Shown here one piece after another: positions 63,300 through 64,000 of a stretch of 64,000 nucleotides of DNA. The DNA is from an uncultured Gemmatimonadales bacterium. GTDB lineage: Bacteria > Gemmatimonadota > Gemmatimonadetes > Longimicrobiales > RSA9. The DNA lies in assembly GCA_963708135.1 (NCBI GenBank), contig OY970192.1:4352001-4416000 (forward strand). The letters run 5' to 3'. The position numbers and the translations under genes are program-made. Positions within the stretch are counted from its first letter, which is position 1. Each line of letters opens with the position of its first letter. A model generated the notes under the pieces. That model searched no databases. It saw only the letters and a program-made list of their open reading frames with translations, and was not told the DNA's origin.

Positions 63300-64000
63300 G
63301 ACACCCTCCGGGCCGCGGCCGGCGCGGCGCCGGTCTGTTCCAGCGCTTCGGCCAGGATGGCCCCGACCTGCGCCGGCTCGAGCAGGAAGGCGTCATGGCC
63401 GTGGGTCGACTCGATCGTCCGGTACTCCGCGCCCGCGGCCGCCGCCCAGGCGCGCACCAGCGGCTCGGGGTAGAGCAGGTCTCCGCGGATCCCCACGGCG
63501 ACGAGCCGGCCCTCGAAGCGCCGGAGCGCCGCCACCACGCCGCCGCGGCCGCGTCCCACGTCGTGCGCGTCCATGGTGCGGGTGAGCGCGATGTAGCTGG
63601 CGGGGTCGAAGCGCTCGACCAGCTTCTCGCCCTGGTGCTCGAGGTAGCTGGCCGCCTGCCACAGCCCGTCCTCCCGCCGCGCGCGGCCGAAGCGCGCGTC
63701 CAGCTCCTCCGCCGTGCGGTACGTGAGCATCGCCGCCATGCGCGCGAGGGCCAGCCCCCTCGCCTCGCCCAGCCGCACGGTCTCGCGCTGGATGTGGTTC
63801 CACGCCGTGGCCTGCGCGGGATGCGCCGCCGGCGCCGCGAAGGCGACGACGGCACGCGTCAGCGCCGGGTACGTGGCTGCCCACTCGAGCGCCACCATGC
63901 CGCCCAGCGAGCCGCCGGAGGCCAGCGCCACGGACCCGACGCCGAGGTCCTCGACCAGCCGGGCGGCGAGCCGCGCCTGGTCCCGCGTCGTGACGAGCGG
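63296..64000 (-). CDS. metX: Homoserine O-acetyltransferase family (5' part outside the window)
   Basis: GGSLGGM nucleophile, YL.HQG.K...RFD, DLLYP, HGHDAFL; coupled to hom. Confidence 0.9.
   Translation of the reverse strand, partial: PLVTTRDQARLAARLVEDLGVGSVALASGGSLGGMVALEWAATYPALTRAVVAFAAPAAHPAQATAWNHIQRETVRLGEARGLALARMAAMLTYRTAEELDARFGRARREDGLWQAASYLEHQGEKLVERFDPASYIALTRTMDAHDVGRGRGGVVAALRRFEGRLVAVGIRGDLLYPEPLVRAWAAAAGAEYRTIESTHGHDAFLLEPAQVGAILAEALEQTGAAPAAARRVS

Overview
This is a very GC-rich bacterial chromosomal window. Its gene style (many lipoproteins, S8/S9/S41 peptidases, BNR-repeat hydrolase, TonB parts) suggests Gemmatimonadota or a similar lineage, which is an inference. Core genes include haem synthesis (hemE, hemY/hemG, hemH), nfuA, a cold-shock gene, an AddAB-like helicase-nuclease pair, a class A PBP, hom and metX. 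Accessory content includes an apparently intact IS630, a HEPN-MNT pair, a Uma2 nuclease, two FmdB zinc ribbons, asnB with a GT4, and several gene fragments. No rRNA, tRNA or CRISPR array was seen. The most notable observations are six: (1) a His/Cys-rich DUF2946-like leader ending in TAPP, followed by hairpins, upstream of a TonB-dependent receptor; (2) two paralogous, internally duplicated His-containing unknown proteins, each with a sigma54-type promoter and each near haem genes; (3) a Mesh1-like HD hydrolase fused to a CYTH domain; (4) a ~170-nt fold-back element with telomere-like (TTTGGT)n/(CCAAAA)n arms; (5) a degenerate ~50-bp repeat cluster; (6) an H1-like PAAKK protein with a folded N-terminal domain. 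All calls come from reading motifs by eye; no database searches were run.
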